Shown piece after piece: positions 1 through 12,302 of a stretch of 34,380 nt of DNA. The stretch is from assembly GCF_001194135.2 (NCBI RefSeq), contig NC_068985.1:4567709-4602088 (forward strand). The letters are read 5' to 3'. The stretch comes from Octopus bimaculoides. Its lineage: Eukaryota. The position numbers and the translations under genes are program-made. Every line of letters starts with the position of its first letter. The stretch's first letter is position 1. The notes beneath the pieces are model-generated. The model did not search any database and was not told the DNA's origin. It worked only from the letters and a program-made list of their open reading frames with translations.

Positions 1-43
1 ATATATATATATATATATATATACATGTCTATGTGTGTGTTTC

Positions 44-83
<40 letters not shown>

Positions 84-90
84 GTTCATG

Positions 91-137
<47 letters not shown>

Positions 138-209
138 TTATGCATACACATACATACATACGTACGTACATGCATACCTATACAGATCCATTCACACATA
201 TACACACAT
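1..209. repeat. (TA)n/(TG)n/(CA)n microsatellite block
   Basis: Directly visible dinucleotide runs; the ORFs at 25..324 and 33..539 are artefacts of it. Confidence 0.95.
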
Positions 210-210
210 A

Positions 211-320
211 GGAACGCCCGTGACGGTGGTGGGAGGAAGAGAAGCTGCTGCTGTTGCCGCCACCACCGCGACGCTGTTTATCTTCCTCCTCCTCCCTGTC
301 TGCTTCGTTTTCGAACGCAG
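211..320 (+). other. Putative non-coding first (5' UTR) exon of the DZIP3/TTC3-like gene
   Basis: Locally GC-rich stretch ending in CAG|gtaaag (donor GT at 321), upstream of the coding exons; start coordinate approximate. Confidence 0.45.
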
Positions 321-3300
321 GTAAAGAATTGCCTCCTTCTTGTGTGTATGGCTTTCCATATTATTATTATTATTATAATTATTATTATTTATTATCATCA
401 CTATTGTTGTTGTTGTTGCCAGACACCTTTAATTTTCCCATTTAATTCTCCTTTGTTGCCTCAAATTTCTTACCGCTCCTTCTTTCACTCTATATTATTC
501 CTGAAAGAAACCTTGCGACTTTTCTTTATTTCATTTTAATAATTAAATCCCATTGAAACCCAAAACCTGTTCCATGTCCACCGACACTCGGCCAACATTT
601 CTCATTTTATTATTACACCTTGCTCTCTAACAATACTTTTTTTTTGTCATATTAAATGGCTTGTTATTTTTAAAAACCAAAAATATAATTTATATTTATC
701 ATTCAAAGACGAAAGCAAACAAAAAAATTGAATTTTTTTCTTGTTTCCTCAACTTTAAAAGAAACCCGACATAAACTGTTTTGGTCAAAAACTCCTCGCT
801 AATATTTTTTCCTTTTATCTGGTAAGTTTTTCATTATTTTATTCTATATTTTTCAAACTTATTTTATTTTATCTAAATCTTTGTTCTTTCACTCAAAAAT
901 GTCTTGGAAAAAAAACATTTTCACTGAAAATATTCTCTATTTTACTTGACTTCCATTTGAGCCATTTCACTTGCTCTTCTTAAACCAACTTTTAAGTGAA
1001 TTCTATTCAAACAACCCATTGTTTTATTTATTTAAATGTTATACTAAAAGTAGATGAGAATATTTTCTCCGTATATTTCTCGTAAACTCTTCAACAAACA
1101 ATCAAAATCAATATTCTTTCCAAACGGTTTGTATGACATTGTAATTTTTCAAACCATTTTACAGCTTTGTCTTTCATTTTTCTCCCCACATACACACTAA
1201 TTTTTCTTTTAATAATTTTCCAGAAACTTCATTTTTTATTGAATTCCTCTTTCCTGCCAGTGTTGTTGTTTTATTGTATAATCCTCCAAAGTGCTCTGCG
1301 TCTTGCAGCCATTGACATCGTCTGCCTCCTTCAATAATGGCCACAAAAGACACTGAGACATCGTCTGCCTCCCTCAATAATGGAGATATATATATAATAT
1401 ACATACATATATGTATATATAATGTCTGTTACAGACAGACGTTGTATTTCGTCGTTGCTTTTACCTTTTATTTCTCTCTAACGACTATCGTTTACTTTTC
1501 ACGCCATTTCATATTTTTATACATTTCCAGTTTTTACCATATTTATATCATTTCCATTGAAATATTTTGTATGGAATTATTTTTAAATGCCCCCCGATAT
1601 TTTGTTTTTCAGTGAACAGCTTTATTTTTCTTTGCTTTATATAAATTTCCTTTACATTTTGCTACCAATAAACATATTTACCTTTCAAATTGGGTAAAAT
1701 GTTGGTTAAACTCCCGAGTTTATTTAATTACCATTTGAACCAGATGTCTCGTATTAGTATGGCGCATTTATCAGTTCAAATCCCGCCAAGGTAAACTTTT
1801 CCATGTTTCATTTTAGTGGCGGGCGGGGTTGGCGAGACGATAAAATAACAAGATTGCCGAATACTTTTGGAATTTACACCGCAAATGTCTTCCCTTGAGA
1901 CAACCCAGAGCCAGTCGTTCAATACGCTAGAAATAGCTGTTCAGATCTCTCATAAATCATATCCTGCCGTCAATAATGAAGGGCATTAGATATATATGTG
2001 AAAATAGTTTGAATAAAAAGACTATGGTCACGACTGGAACGTCTTTTGATGAGTCGACCTGGGGATAATCAACAGACGCCATTTGTTAAAGAAAATGTCC
2101 ATTTTTCTTTTAATAGCATCAAGTGTTTCACTTCGAAAATGGAAAACCTATTTTAGTGTCTGTTATTGTTGTTTAGCTCTATGATAGCGCCAATTGAGCG
2201 TCACCCATCTTTTTGTGTATTTAGGACCTTTTTAAAAAAATAAAAAACAGATAATGTGTGACTTACGGGAGATTTGATCTCGGCCACCATGTCTCAGCTC
2301 TTTCTTTGATCTTCTAGAATTAAAGGTGAGAAGCAGTCGATTGTCTTGTTTGAGGTTTACCTGTCATAAAATAGTTTATAGACTTGAAATATCAATGAAG
2401 GAGATTTGGTCCAACCCCAGCACCTGGCAGTTATTTTCTCGAACCGTGGTGGATCCTTTTTAGAGTTTAGAAAATGTCTTTGACAAGTGACATTGCTTAA
2501 TTTTGTATTTGTTCCTGGATATTTTTGACCATAAACTTCGCCGTTTAGTAAATGAAACTTGGCCTCGAATAAAGACCAGATATTTCAGATAAGGGAAGAA
2601 GCATTAGAATCCCAAGAAACCAGTGGTTGTCCTTGTGTTTTGGTAACTAGCAGCAAAGTTGTTTAGAATGGAATAAATCTAATTTGCCTTGAAAAAGTAG
2701 AGGCGGGGTCGAGTTTTACTTCTCTGGCGGTCATTGTTCTGAGAGTTGGAAATAATAATTAAAAATTACCAATTCTAAATTATACAACCAAGAGCTGTCT
2801 CTGTTCAAATCTTGACAATTTTTTTTTTTCATGAAAATTTAATTAGCTTGTGTAATTAATTACATTGCTTTTCGTTTTTTAAAGTGAATAGGTGTTCCAG
2901 TAATTGGAATAACAACGGAAGTTTATTCATTGAAATTAATGTAAGCAGATTATCTTGTAGACAATTGTTTAATCCTCAGTGTGACAAAGATGGCCTCTAC
3001 GGTCACCTTAAGAAACACTTGCCCAAAACGTTGTGGTGGTGGAATCGAACCCTTGACTTCATCATTGCAAAGCTAATAATTGTTGAAAAGGAAAAAATGT
3101 AAATTTTATTTTCGTGGTCTGTGAGGGAAAAAAAATACAAAATTCTTAAAACAGTTTAATTTAGGTCTACACAACTGACTTCAAAGAAAATATTTCTATA
3201 AATATTCTGGTTTATTGACTGAACTCCAAATCTGCCATTTACAAACTGTAACTGTATTAGCAGCAGGAGTCAATCTGCTGGGGATAGTAGCCAAATCTTC

Positions 3301-3421
3301 CTCAAAATGCCCCATTTTTAATAAAAGACTACACTGAATGGAAGGAAAAAGTCAAGTTCCTCGACCTGGTGGAATCCAAGACTCAAAAAGTTATAAACTA
3401 TTGAAAGTCTTTCACTTTAAT

Positions 3422-3657
3422 CAGCAGTTCTCAGCCGTTTTTGTTTTTTTTCTTCATCTATTCTTTGATTCTTACTCTGCTGGACCCACATAGCCATTCA
3501 GTGTTCAAGAAGAAACCCTATTTTCAGAATTGAATATTGTATAAAAATTTTTAATTTTGTGTATTGTTGAAGTATAACCAATTTATGGTCCATAAACTTG
3601 AGCAATCTTATGTGGACCCTGAAGAAGGGTTTTAGAGACCACGGTTGAGAACCCTTG
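3422..3657. mobile_element. MITE with hAT/Charlie-like terminal inverted repeats
   Basis: Left end cagcagttctcagcc and right end ggttgagaacccttg form an imperfect 15-bp inverted repeat of the CAGNGGTTCTCAACC type. Confidence 0.5.
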
Positions 3658-4015
3658 ATTTAAATGTAACTTTTTTTTCCACTGAGAATATTTGAGATTT
3701 TGAGGCTTCAAATAGAAATTTTTTTTCCTGTAAATCTTTGAAAAGGAAATTTCTAAAGAGGTACCTTAAACCTGCCATCAATGTATGGTTTATAACTGTT
3801 CTGTATTTGTGATTAGTTTCCATTAACTTAATTTACCACCTCTGTTTTATGGATAGCAGCTACTTCCAGACTTGTACTCGTCATCCCTAGTGACGCATCC
3901 TTTCAATTCTGATCTGAACTGAGCCCCAAGGTTTTCTTTGAACCTCTTTTTCCTATCAAAGCAACTTGTTTCGGTTTTGTTTTTTTTTAATACTTTGGTT
4001 TTCTTTAAGATAAGA

Positions 4016-4272
4016 ATGTATGCATCTACACTGCGTGACGCCTTGCTGCCAGCCAACCGGAATAATGGAGCGGATTCTAGTTTCCATCCTAGGTTTTCCC
4101 TGTCACCTAGCGAAAGCACTGCAGAAACTGTGTCCCCTCCTACTTCTAATGTGTGCCTAAAGCCCCTAATGGGTTATCAACAAGGAGATGAGACGTACTA
4201 TATTGCTAGTCAATGGCTTGGTCAAACTGATGCAGCAGTTAGCAATCTCCAGCATAGTTCTTTAACCAACAG
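4016..4272 (+). CDS. DZIP3/TTC3-like RING-H2 E3 ligase, coding exon 1 (MYASTLRD...SLTNR)
   Basis: ATG at 4016 just after a pyrimidine-rich AG acceptor (4008-4009); donor gtaaga at 4273, phase 2 fits the next exon. The true start could lie further upstream. Confidence 0.7.
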
Positions 4273-4442
4273 GTAAGAATTTTCTATTACTACTATAAGT
4301 GAGATTTTCATTGTAATTAGTTATGGGCAGGTACGATTATTTTTGTCATGCATCATATTGTCACATAATCAGATTTAGATAAAACTCATTGTAAACCGTC
4401 ATTCCATCTATTATTAATGCTCTTTTTCCTCCTTTATATTAG

Positions 4443-4567
4443 GAAGTTGATCCAAAACATTGACTACAAATTCTCAAGAACTAAAGAATTAAGTTTTGAA
4501 AATTCTCGTTATCATAATTACATGGCTGATTCTGATACCAATGCAAATTCCACAGAAAATGTTTCGA
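4443..4567 (+). CDS. DZIP3/TTC3-like, coding exon 2
   Basis: tttatattag|G acceptor, open frame RKLIQNIDYKFSR...ENVS, donor gtaagt at 4568; phases 2 to 1 are consistent. Confidence 0.8.
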
Positions 4568-4648
4568 GTAAGTTATTTTCAGAAATAAATTGTTTCTACC
4601 TTTCTTCTAAATACCTATATGTAATATAAACTTTCTCTCTCTTTATAG

Positions 4649-5583
4649 GTTTTAAGAAGTCAACTGATGTGAATAATGTTAGGCAAATTCTTAAAGAAAA
4701 TGTAAAACAATATACCAAAGTTGTAAACACATTACCAGCAGGAGATAATAAAAATGATCTCTCTGGTGCAATGTTTCGACAGATGGCTGCCTCTTGTGGT
4801 ATACATGTTGAAGACCCAAAATCTTTTTCCGATAGTTTCGATATGCAGCAGCCAGATAATGAATTGACTAATGAAATTTTACCTAACAAAATTACCACAG
4901 TGACACTACAAAAAACTAAGAATTCTTATGAGAATAAATTGTTGGATATTGAACCAGAGATGCAATCGATGAAGCTGGAATATTCTGCAATTGAAGTTGT
5001 TTCGAAAAACTCCATGATGGATGCTTGGAAACCGGAATGGATGAACAGTGGCCTTTCCAATAAAGCAAACCAAAGTCCTGATACCCAGTACAACATAATA
5101 CCACACCACTCGCCAATCAATGGATGCAGCTCAGCATGTCAAGATTCTACAGGTTTTGAAACTTGCATAGAGAAGGCTAATGCCTTAAAATCAGAAAATA
5201 CTGATCGTATAACTGTTGGCCAATTTGATCTGATTGGACAGAACATCTGCTTCCCTGGAAACAAAGACTATCCCAGGAGACTTACGAATCTACCAGTGGA
5301 AGTAACTAGTGATGTGACATCTGGACAATTGGACCCTTTGTCTTCGAAAATAAACAGTATGTATACTCAGACAGAAGTTGTGGAGCCAGTGTACAAAAGT
5401 TCAGGACAAACAGTGACTTCCAACAAAGGAAACCAAATAAGCGTTTTGATGATGGATGCTGCTATTAATGTTAATCTCTGTGGATGTGCAGATAAAGGGA
5501 AGACGAGCAGTGCCAAAGAAATATCGACACAAACTGAATTGCCTTTCATAATCAGTGGACAAGAAAAATCTCTAAAGCAGTGG
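4649..5583 (+). CDS. DZIP3/TTC3-like, coding exon 3 (S/T/N/Q-rich disordered region)
   Basis: ctttatag acceptor; in frame with ORF 4669..5598; TGG|gtaagt donor at 5584 (phase 0). Confidence 0.88.
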
Positions 5584-5818
5584 GTAAGTAGAAAGTAAAT
5601 ATTTTAAGAGGCAGGTATGGTGGTGGAGAAGAAATTCTTGGAATTTTGAATTATTGAAATTAAAATACTGAACTTATTGTTGAGCATGTTAATATCTATG
5701 TTGAAATTCTCTTATGACAGACTTCTTTGTTGTGGTATTGGTGGGGGGGGGGTCATAAAATGCTTTAAATATTCCTTGGTCCAGTTTATTTTCTGACCAT
5801 TAATGAATTCTATTTCAG

Positions 5819-6740
5819 ATTCCTCCAGCAGACATTGACATAAACAAGCCGTTCATTGCTGATCAGAACTCTAACACTGGTTTATTTAATGGCTATGGTG
5901 ACCAGTTTTGTGTAAAATCAAATCTTCAGCAGACACCAAAGAGTCAATTCAGAGATGGTGCAAATTATCCTGAATACAATAGCTTTGCAGATGTTCCTAT
6001 TTTCAATACACCACCTCAGTCGCCTGAAAATATTAACTGTGATGTTTCCTATGCTCGTAACACTTTCTGGAACAACAACAACCGGCCTACTGAATCTCCT
6101 TGCTTCCAGGAACAAAACCTGCAAAATTTGAATGAAGTAAAACTGGACTTTAATCTATACTGTTTGGTTTTGGAGAAGTTAAAGCAGCAGTATCCAGCTC
6201 TAAATAAAGCACCCCAAGAATTACAGCTTCTTGCTAAAACACAAACACTTGCTCTTCAGGTTCAGAGATCTCAGATGCATTACTCATTTCCTGACGAACC
6301 CAGAGCAATCACTAAAACAGTTGGTGCTCCAAAGGAGATGGAAGCAAATAAATTTTTCCATAATCTTTCGACTACTGTTTCTTCCGAGAGAGACGTTGAT
6401 TATGTCACACCCGATGACTCTTCAACCAATAATTCAGCCACACGGCGCTATTCTGATACTCCAGACTTTAGGTGTATGCTTAACCCACCTTATCGAAAGT
6501 TTCAGAATCTGCCATTTTCTCCTAAAGTGGATTATTATTCAAAACCAGTTTTGCCAGAAATTTCTTCAAAGATTTCTCAGATGGATTGGGGCTCTGTTGG
6601 ATTCAGTCCCATAAAATATGAAGTAACAGACTCTGAAAAATGCGACGACCTTGATAATCTGAATTCTTCAAATGCAATTATGAAAAAAGCAGTGGAAAAA
6701 AGTACCTGGAATAACCCTGTGATGTCCTCTTCAGTTATCA
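5819..6740 (+). CDS. DZIP3/TTC3-like, coding exon 4
   Basis: tatttcag|ATT acceptor; continuous frame IPPADID... running into ORF 6128..6784; donor gtaagt at 6741 (phase 1). Confidence 0.88.
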
Positions 6741-6809
6741 GTAAGTTAATTTTTTGGAAACAGTTTATGAATATTATACTTTGATCAGAAATTCTTGTAT
6801 ATTAATTTA

Positions 6810-6967
6810 CAAGCTGGCCGAATCATTGGCACCTCAGGGAGAATGCTTGGCATTTTTTCCATCTTTACCATTGAAGTCGACTTTGCCTTTGAATACTGGG
6901 GGTCAGCGTAATTGATTTACCCCATCTCCTGTAATTGCTGGCCTTGTGCCAAAATTTGAAACCAATT
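6810..6967 (+). mobile_element. Degenerate tRNA-derived SINE (family C)
   Basis: Shares gtcgactttgccttt and ggccttgtgccaaaatttgaaacc with the copies at 19166, 26441 and 26659. Confidence 0.6.
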
Positions 6968-7134
6968 AATTTAACTCTTTTCTTTTACTGCTAATTTCTA
7001 TTGCAGAAAGCTACATTTTTTTAGCAATCACTGTAAAATGTTATAATAGAGATCTGGTTGGCCATAGTTGACTGATATCCAGAATTTTCTGAATTTCCTT
7101 AACTGTTAACCTCTCCAACAGCCTTGCACTGTCA

Positions 7135-7468
7135 TTTACTTGTTTCAGTCACCGGCCATGCTGGGGCACCACCCTGAAGAATTTAAGCTGAACTAATTGA
7201 CTGTAGTAATTAATTTTCTTTTTAAGCCTGATAATTATTCTATCAGTGTCTTTTGCAGGACCACTAAATTACACAGACATAAACACACCAACACCACTTT
7301 TCAAGCAGTGGTGGGAGGCAGATCCGAATCGATGAACTGCTAAATCCATTCACAAGGGCTTTGGTTGCCTCAAAGATATCGTGTAACACACTTGCACAAG
7401 GTGCCATGCAGTGGGACAGAACCTGAAACAGTATGGTTGGGAAGCTAACTTCTTGCGACATCTGCACC
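7135..7468 (-). mobile_element. Degenerate tRNA-derived SINE (family A)
   Basis: Reverse-complement similarity to the near-full copy at 32591..32998. Confidence 0.7.
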
Positions 7469-7639
7469 ATCCCATCATTTCATATTATAAGGATTTGAGG
7501 GGTTTAGTTCACTGGTGATCTAAGCGAATGGGTATGCTGATTAAATGCTATAATTAGTCATCCGTTAGGTTTCATGTTCACAGCTCAGGCTGGAGCTCGG
7601 GATCTTGCATTAGGCTTCCAAGTTGGCAGGTATTTCTCC

Positions 7640-7672
<33 letters not shown>

Positions 7673-7674
<2 letters not shown>

Positions 7675-7981
7675 CTTTTGTCATTTGACTGGCCATGCTG
7701 GAGCACTGCCTTTAGTTGAACAAATAGACCCCAGTACTTATTCTATCGGTTTCTTTTGCCAAACTGCTAAGTTAAAGGGCGTAAACACACCAACATTAGT
7801 TGTCAAGTGATGGTGGGGGACAAACGCATACAAACACACACACACACATATATATATATACACACACGACGGGCTTCTTTCAGTTTCCATCTACCGAATC
7901 CACTCACAAGGCTTTGGTTGGCCCGAGGCTATAGAAGACATTTGCCCAAGGTGTCACAGAGTGAGACTGAACCTGGAACCA
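7673..7981 (-). mobile_element. tRNA-derived SINE (family A)
   Basis: Reverse complement of the 32591 copy (aatccactcacaaggctttggttggcccgaggctatag). Confidence 0.85.
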
Positions 7982-8128
7982 TTTTAATCGTTAGGGCATA
8001 GAATTTTTAGCAAGATTATTATACCTCATTAGTTATAACTAATTTAACTAATTTCATTTAGGGTATTTTTTAAAAACTAATCCATGATTTATAAATTATT
8101 TTAAAAGCTTGGTATTTTGTACTTTCAG

Positions 8129-8217
8129 CAAAAGCTAACCTGAGGTATCAAAGCCCAAACTCCAAAGACTGCCTTGCTGTCACCCCCAGTGAATTTCATG
8201 GAAATAATTTCCAGCAG
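8129..8217 (+). CDS. DZIP3/TTC3-like, coding exon 5
   Basis: actttcag acceptor; frame TKANLRYQSPNSKDCLAVTPSEFHGNNFQQ; CAG|gtactt donor; phase 1 to 0. Confidence 0.8.
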
Positions 8218-8335
8218 GTACTTATCAGGAAGATGTTGTTGTTGTTGTTGTTGTCTTGGATTTAGATATTAACATTGGTTTAGTAAACTACCATTGGGAA
8301 CTTTGCTTTTTCTTTCTTTTTTTTCCCCCACTCAG

Positions 8336-8478
8336 GCTTTTAAAAGAAAAAAAAGACTTCAGTTTGCAATGGAGCAGACCAAACGAAATGTGAATGCTAA
8401 AATTGATGCAAATATCCGAAAGGGAAATTATGAAAGGCTGGTTCAAGTCATGCAGGAAAGACTGCCAAATACCGATAG
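8336..8478 (+). CDS. DZIP3/TTC3-like, coding exon 6 (start of helical domain)
   Basis: Long pyrimidine tract plus cag; AFKRKKRLQFAMEQTKRNVNAKIDANIRKGNYERLVQVMQERLPNTD; donor gtagga at 8479. Confidence 0.88.
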
Positions 8479-8920
8479 GTAGGACTTGAGTTTTTCTAAT
8501 ATAAAATGCAAACATCGAAAGAACTTTGAATCCTATGTTTTATAGCTAGCTATAGTTTTTCTTTCTAGGTCTTGTGGAGTTTGGTGTGAGATTTTTAAAT
8601 CAAAATTAAACTTTAACAGATATTTCATGAAATTGACAATTCTTTTTAGAAAGGAAAATAACTTTATAAGACTTCCAATTTTGATGAGGGGAATAATGTA
8701 ATTTAAAGAAACTTTTAGAAACTAGTGTGCATGTCTCAGTTCATTTGAGTTCCAGTTCATAAACTTGAAAGATGCTCAAATTTGGGTTTGAAAATAGATA
8801 GGAATCTGATTTGTCACTGGAAGATCATTGTTTCATATGTTTCAATGGGAATTGATTTTTTTTTTTTTTTTTTAGTTTTAATTCTATTGTTGATATAATT
8901 ATGAATGTTTTTCCTTCTAG

Positions 8921-9047
8921 AACAAAAGTAGATGACCTCATTAGAGAAGTAAGGCGTCGTAAAAATGGGCTTGGTGGTTTGACTATGAGAGAAATAGTTC
9001 TAGAAGCCAAGTCAATACTTCAAGAGAAAAATAAGATATTTGCAAAT
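8921..9047 (+). CDS. DZIP3/TTC3-like, coding exon 7 (helical domain with GLGGLT motif)
   Basis: ttccttctag acceptor; RTKVDDLIREVRRRKNGLGGLTMREIVLEAKSIL resembles the GLSGL-containing pre-RING helical domain of TTC3/DZIP3/RBM44; donor gtaagt at 9048. Confidence 0.88.
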
Positions 9048-10805
9048 GTAAGTACGTTTTTGTTTTGCTTTTTTTTAATATATCAATAGTAATCATTTCT
9101 ATATCAAATTAAAAATAAAGAGCAGGTAATCATACTTGAATTATGAATTAAGACTTTGACTCCCAAATTGCTGACAGATAATTGGGATAAATAATAAAAT
9201 GGCTTCTATGACCATGTAATTTCAATAATTTGGATCTGTGTAGTTGGTTGGAATCCTGTTTGATTTATTTTTAAAAATAACTTTGAAGTAAAATCTTTCT
9301 TTCAGTGAATTGATTTGATTAGATCTATTGAACTGCTGCTGATTGATTGCTTTGTACACTTGAAGCAAAATTAAAACCACTTTCTTTCATTATTGACAAT
9401 TGTTACTTCAATTATCAAAACCATGGCTTTACTCTTAACCCTTGATATATATATATATATATACTATCTTCATTTCAGTTAATTTTGAAAATCTATTAAA
9501 ATACTTTCAAGGGGTTTCGAATTTCAATATGCTTCCATTTAGATCACTTTAGAATAAGACATTTCTATTGTAGAATTTGGTAGTGATCTTGTGCATTTTG
9601 GTGTCAAAATGGCTAATATCAAACTGTTCAGTTTTTTTCCATACATAGTCAATGGCTGTTTAAATTTGTCTTGATTTAATGACCCTCTTTTGTTTCCTGT
9701 ATGAATGTAAATCAATTACTGAATGATAACTCCCTCTCATTTTCTAGTATTTTGGCTAGTCCAACCAAGCAAAATAAAATTTTAACATGTGATAATTTAG
9801 TTGTTTAAGTATTGTGTAATATTTTAACATTAACTCCTGTGCAGGTTGTCTTTTCACCCTACTAGGGCAGGTGCAAACAACTATATCCCTCCCCAAAAAT
9901 GCAACTTTGCTCCCTAAACTAGAAATTGTTGAAACTTGCTATTAGAATATTAATTCTTCAGGCTAGTTACTTGAGTTGGTGATCAGCTCTTATTGTTTGG
10001 CACAGGATTCAAATTGGTGAATAGGATTATTATTACTAGCCTTAAAATTCTTTAATGATGTTTAATTTTCCCAACGATAAACAATTTGTAATATCTAAGC
10101 TTTACATCTCCATTTTTGCCTCGTATCCCTTGCTTCAGTTCTAGTATCCTCTCCACTTTTTTTCTTTCATTCAATTAAGCTTTCTTTTTTTCCCTCAGAT
10201 TTTTCTGTCAGACTATAATGCTACACTATTTATATTGTATGTCTGTCCTAGGAAAGATAGTCATAAACCTTCCTCTACATCCAAAATGCAGAAAGCTATT
10301 TGATAATTATAGAGCAAATAAAATTTAAATTTTCTCTATTTAGCTAATACATAGTCTTAAAGTTAAATTTTATTAATGATAAACATTTTAATCTTAGAAA
10401 TATTTCAATCTAAGACAGCAATGACCATGACCTTTAGCAGGTCCTTTGAGACTGGTAACATGTTTAGTTTGAGGAAAGTCATTGCATTGTGCAGTGTTTC
10501 TGAGAAGTAAATATTAAATATAATGATTAGTGAAAGACCTAGAAGAGATAGTATGCAACTTTCTAGTTCAGAGCAGCACAATGTATGGCACTCAATAGTC
10601 TAAGTGAATTGATTATTGATTTTCATAATCTTTGTAATTTTCTCTTTATTAAACCAAATTTTAAAATATTAAAATCTCTAAGTTCTTTAATTTTTAACAA
10701 AAATTATATTTTTACATATATAATTTCATTGATTGTTATGTTTATACGATCGTTTCTATTATAAGCCCGAAAGAGAAAGCCAGTTGATTACATTGACCCT
10801 AGTGC

Positions 10806-11135
10806 TTCATCGTTTAACATCCGCTTTCCATGCTAGCATGGGTTGGACGATTTGACTGAGGACTGGTGAACCGGATGGTTGCACCAGGCTCCAATCTGAT
10901 CTGGCAGAGTTTCTACAGCTGGATGCACTTCTTAAAGCCAACCACTCTGAGAGTGTAGTGGGTGCTTTTACGTGCCACCGGCACGAGGGCCAGTCACTCG
11001 GTACTGGCAATGGCCACGCTCAAAATGGTGTTTTTTTTTTCAAGTGCTATCAGCACAGGAGCCAGTCCAGCAACATTGGCAACGACCTCGCTCAAATGAT
11101 TTTCTAACGTGCCAGTAAGGCAACGCTGGTAACAA
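10806..11135 (-). mobile_element. RTE-type LINE/SINE 3' tail repeat (family B)
   Basis: catcgtttaacatccgctttccatgctagcatgggttggacg is shared with 27898 and 34032; on its own strand the family ends in (GAT)n. Confidence 0.8.
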
Positions 11136-12302
11136 TAACTGGTACATATTTCATTGACCCAAAATATAAAGATGAATGAAATGCCACTAAGCGTTTTGTC
11201 TGGCATGTTCATGATTCTGCCAGCTTCTCACCTTATGTTTGCACAATGTAAACATTTGTTGCACTGATTTTTATTTTTGTAGAAACCATGAAGCAATGAA
11301 CTCTTTTGTGATGCATTTTAACACATTCCATCAATATTTTAACCCCCCCCCCATATTAAATTTAATGTTTTTACTGTTACTATTTTAGATGAACCAGTGA
11401 GGAAACTGTTATGTATGGTAGTACAATCTCCCTTAAGTTGTTTAGATTATCGAAACGATTACTAAAATAGTTATGGCTGGAATGCTTAATCATAGATCTC
11501 CTCTGACAGCAGGTTGGGGACTGGCCAATTCTGGTTAATTTCATTTATATTTTTAATATATCAATCCTAAACGTTGAATTCTCACCAAATTATCAATGTT
11601 ATCCTAATAACTGTTCCTGCTTGTCACTTAGCAAAATAATGTTGCTACACTTCAGACATCTCTGAGAAGTAGAAAGTTTTGTCAATCATCTTCACTGATA
11701 TTTAAATTTCTCTCTCAAATGACTTAATAGGTTGTCTTTGCTCTCTCTCCCTCTTTCTTTCTCTCTCCCCCCTTCCCCCTCCTCTTTCTCTCTGGATGCA
11801 GTGCATCAAAAAATCCACTGGTCACTACTTAAGATTGTCTGCTTTGTTTTTTAAACTTCAGATTCTAATTAATGCCCAAAATCCTGTTACATAAATCCTA
11901 GATCTACATTGTGTTATGAAATACTTGATAGTCTTTTTTCACTCCCTGGTGGTGTATAAATACCATTGAAATGGACGATGAGAAACAGTGCCCTCGGGGT
12001 AGTTTCCTTCTGAAATATACTTGTATATAATATCATCTTATCATCCACTTTATAAGCGTGTGCTTAATAGGTCACTTACGCAACCTGATCAGGGCGGAGG
12101 GTCATTGGGAAATCTGTAAGAAAGTGGATGAAACTCAAATGACTGTCCAAAAGAGCGTGTGCACATGTATGGGTTATTGGTGGGTGGATGTATACATAGG
12201 GGTACTAACACTAAGTGACTGATTAGATGAATTAACAAGTTAAGATAAAACCAGGATAGGTGGATGAAGGAAACACATTGTAGCATAAGGGGGTACATGC
12301 TG

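Noticed and set aside
25-539. ORFs of 99 and 168 aa
   Set aside because: Translations of (TA)n, (TG)n and (ATT)n microsatellites.
1314-1383. CRISPR-like repeat-spacer-repeat appearance
   Set aside because: Only two units, a 16-nt spacer, eukaryotic context and no cas genes.
7264-7470. ORF MVQMSQEVSFPTILFQVLSHCMAPCASV...
   Set aside because: Translation of a family A SINE; the same applies to the ORFs at 7807, 10807, 25749, 27867, 32616, 32839 and 34188, which overlap SINE or tail repeats.
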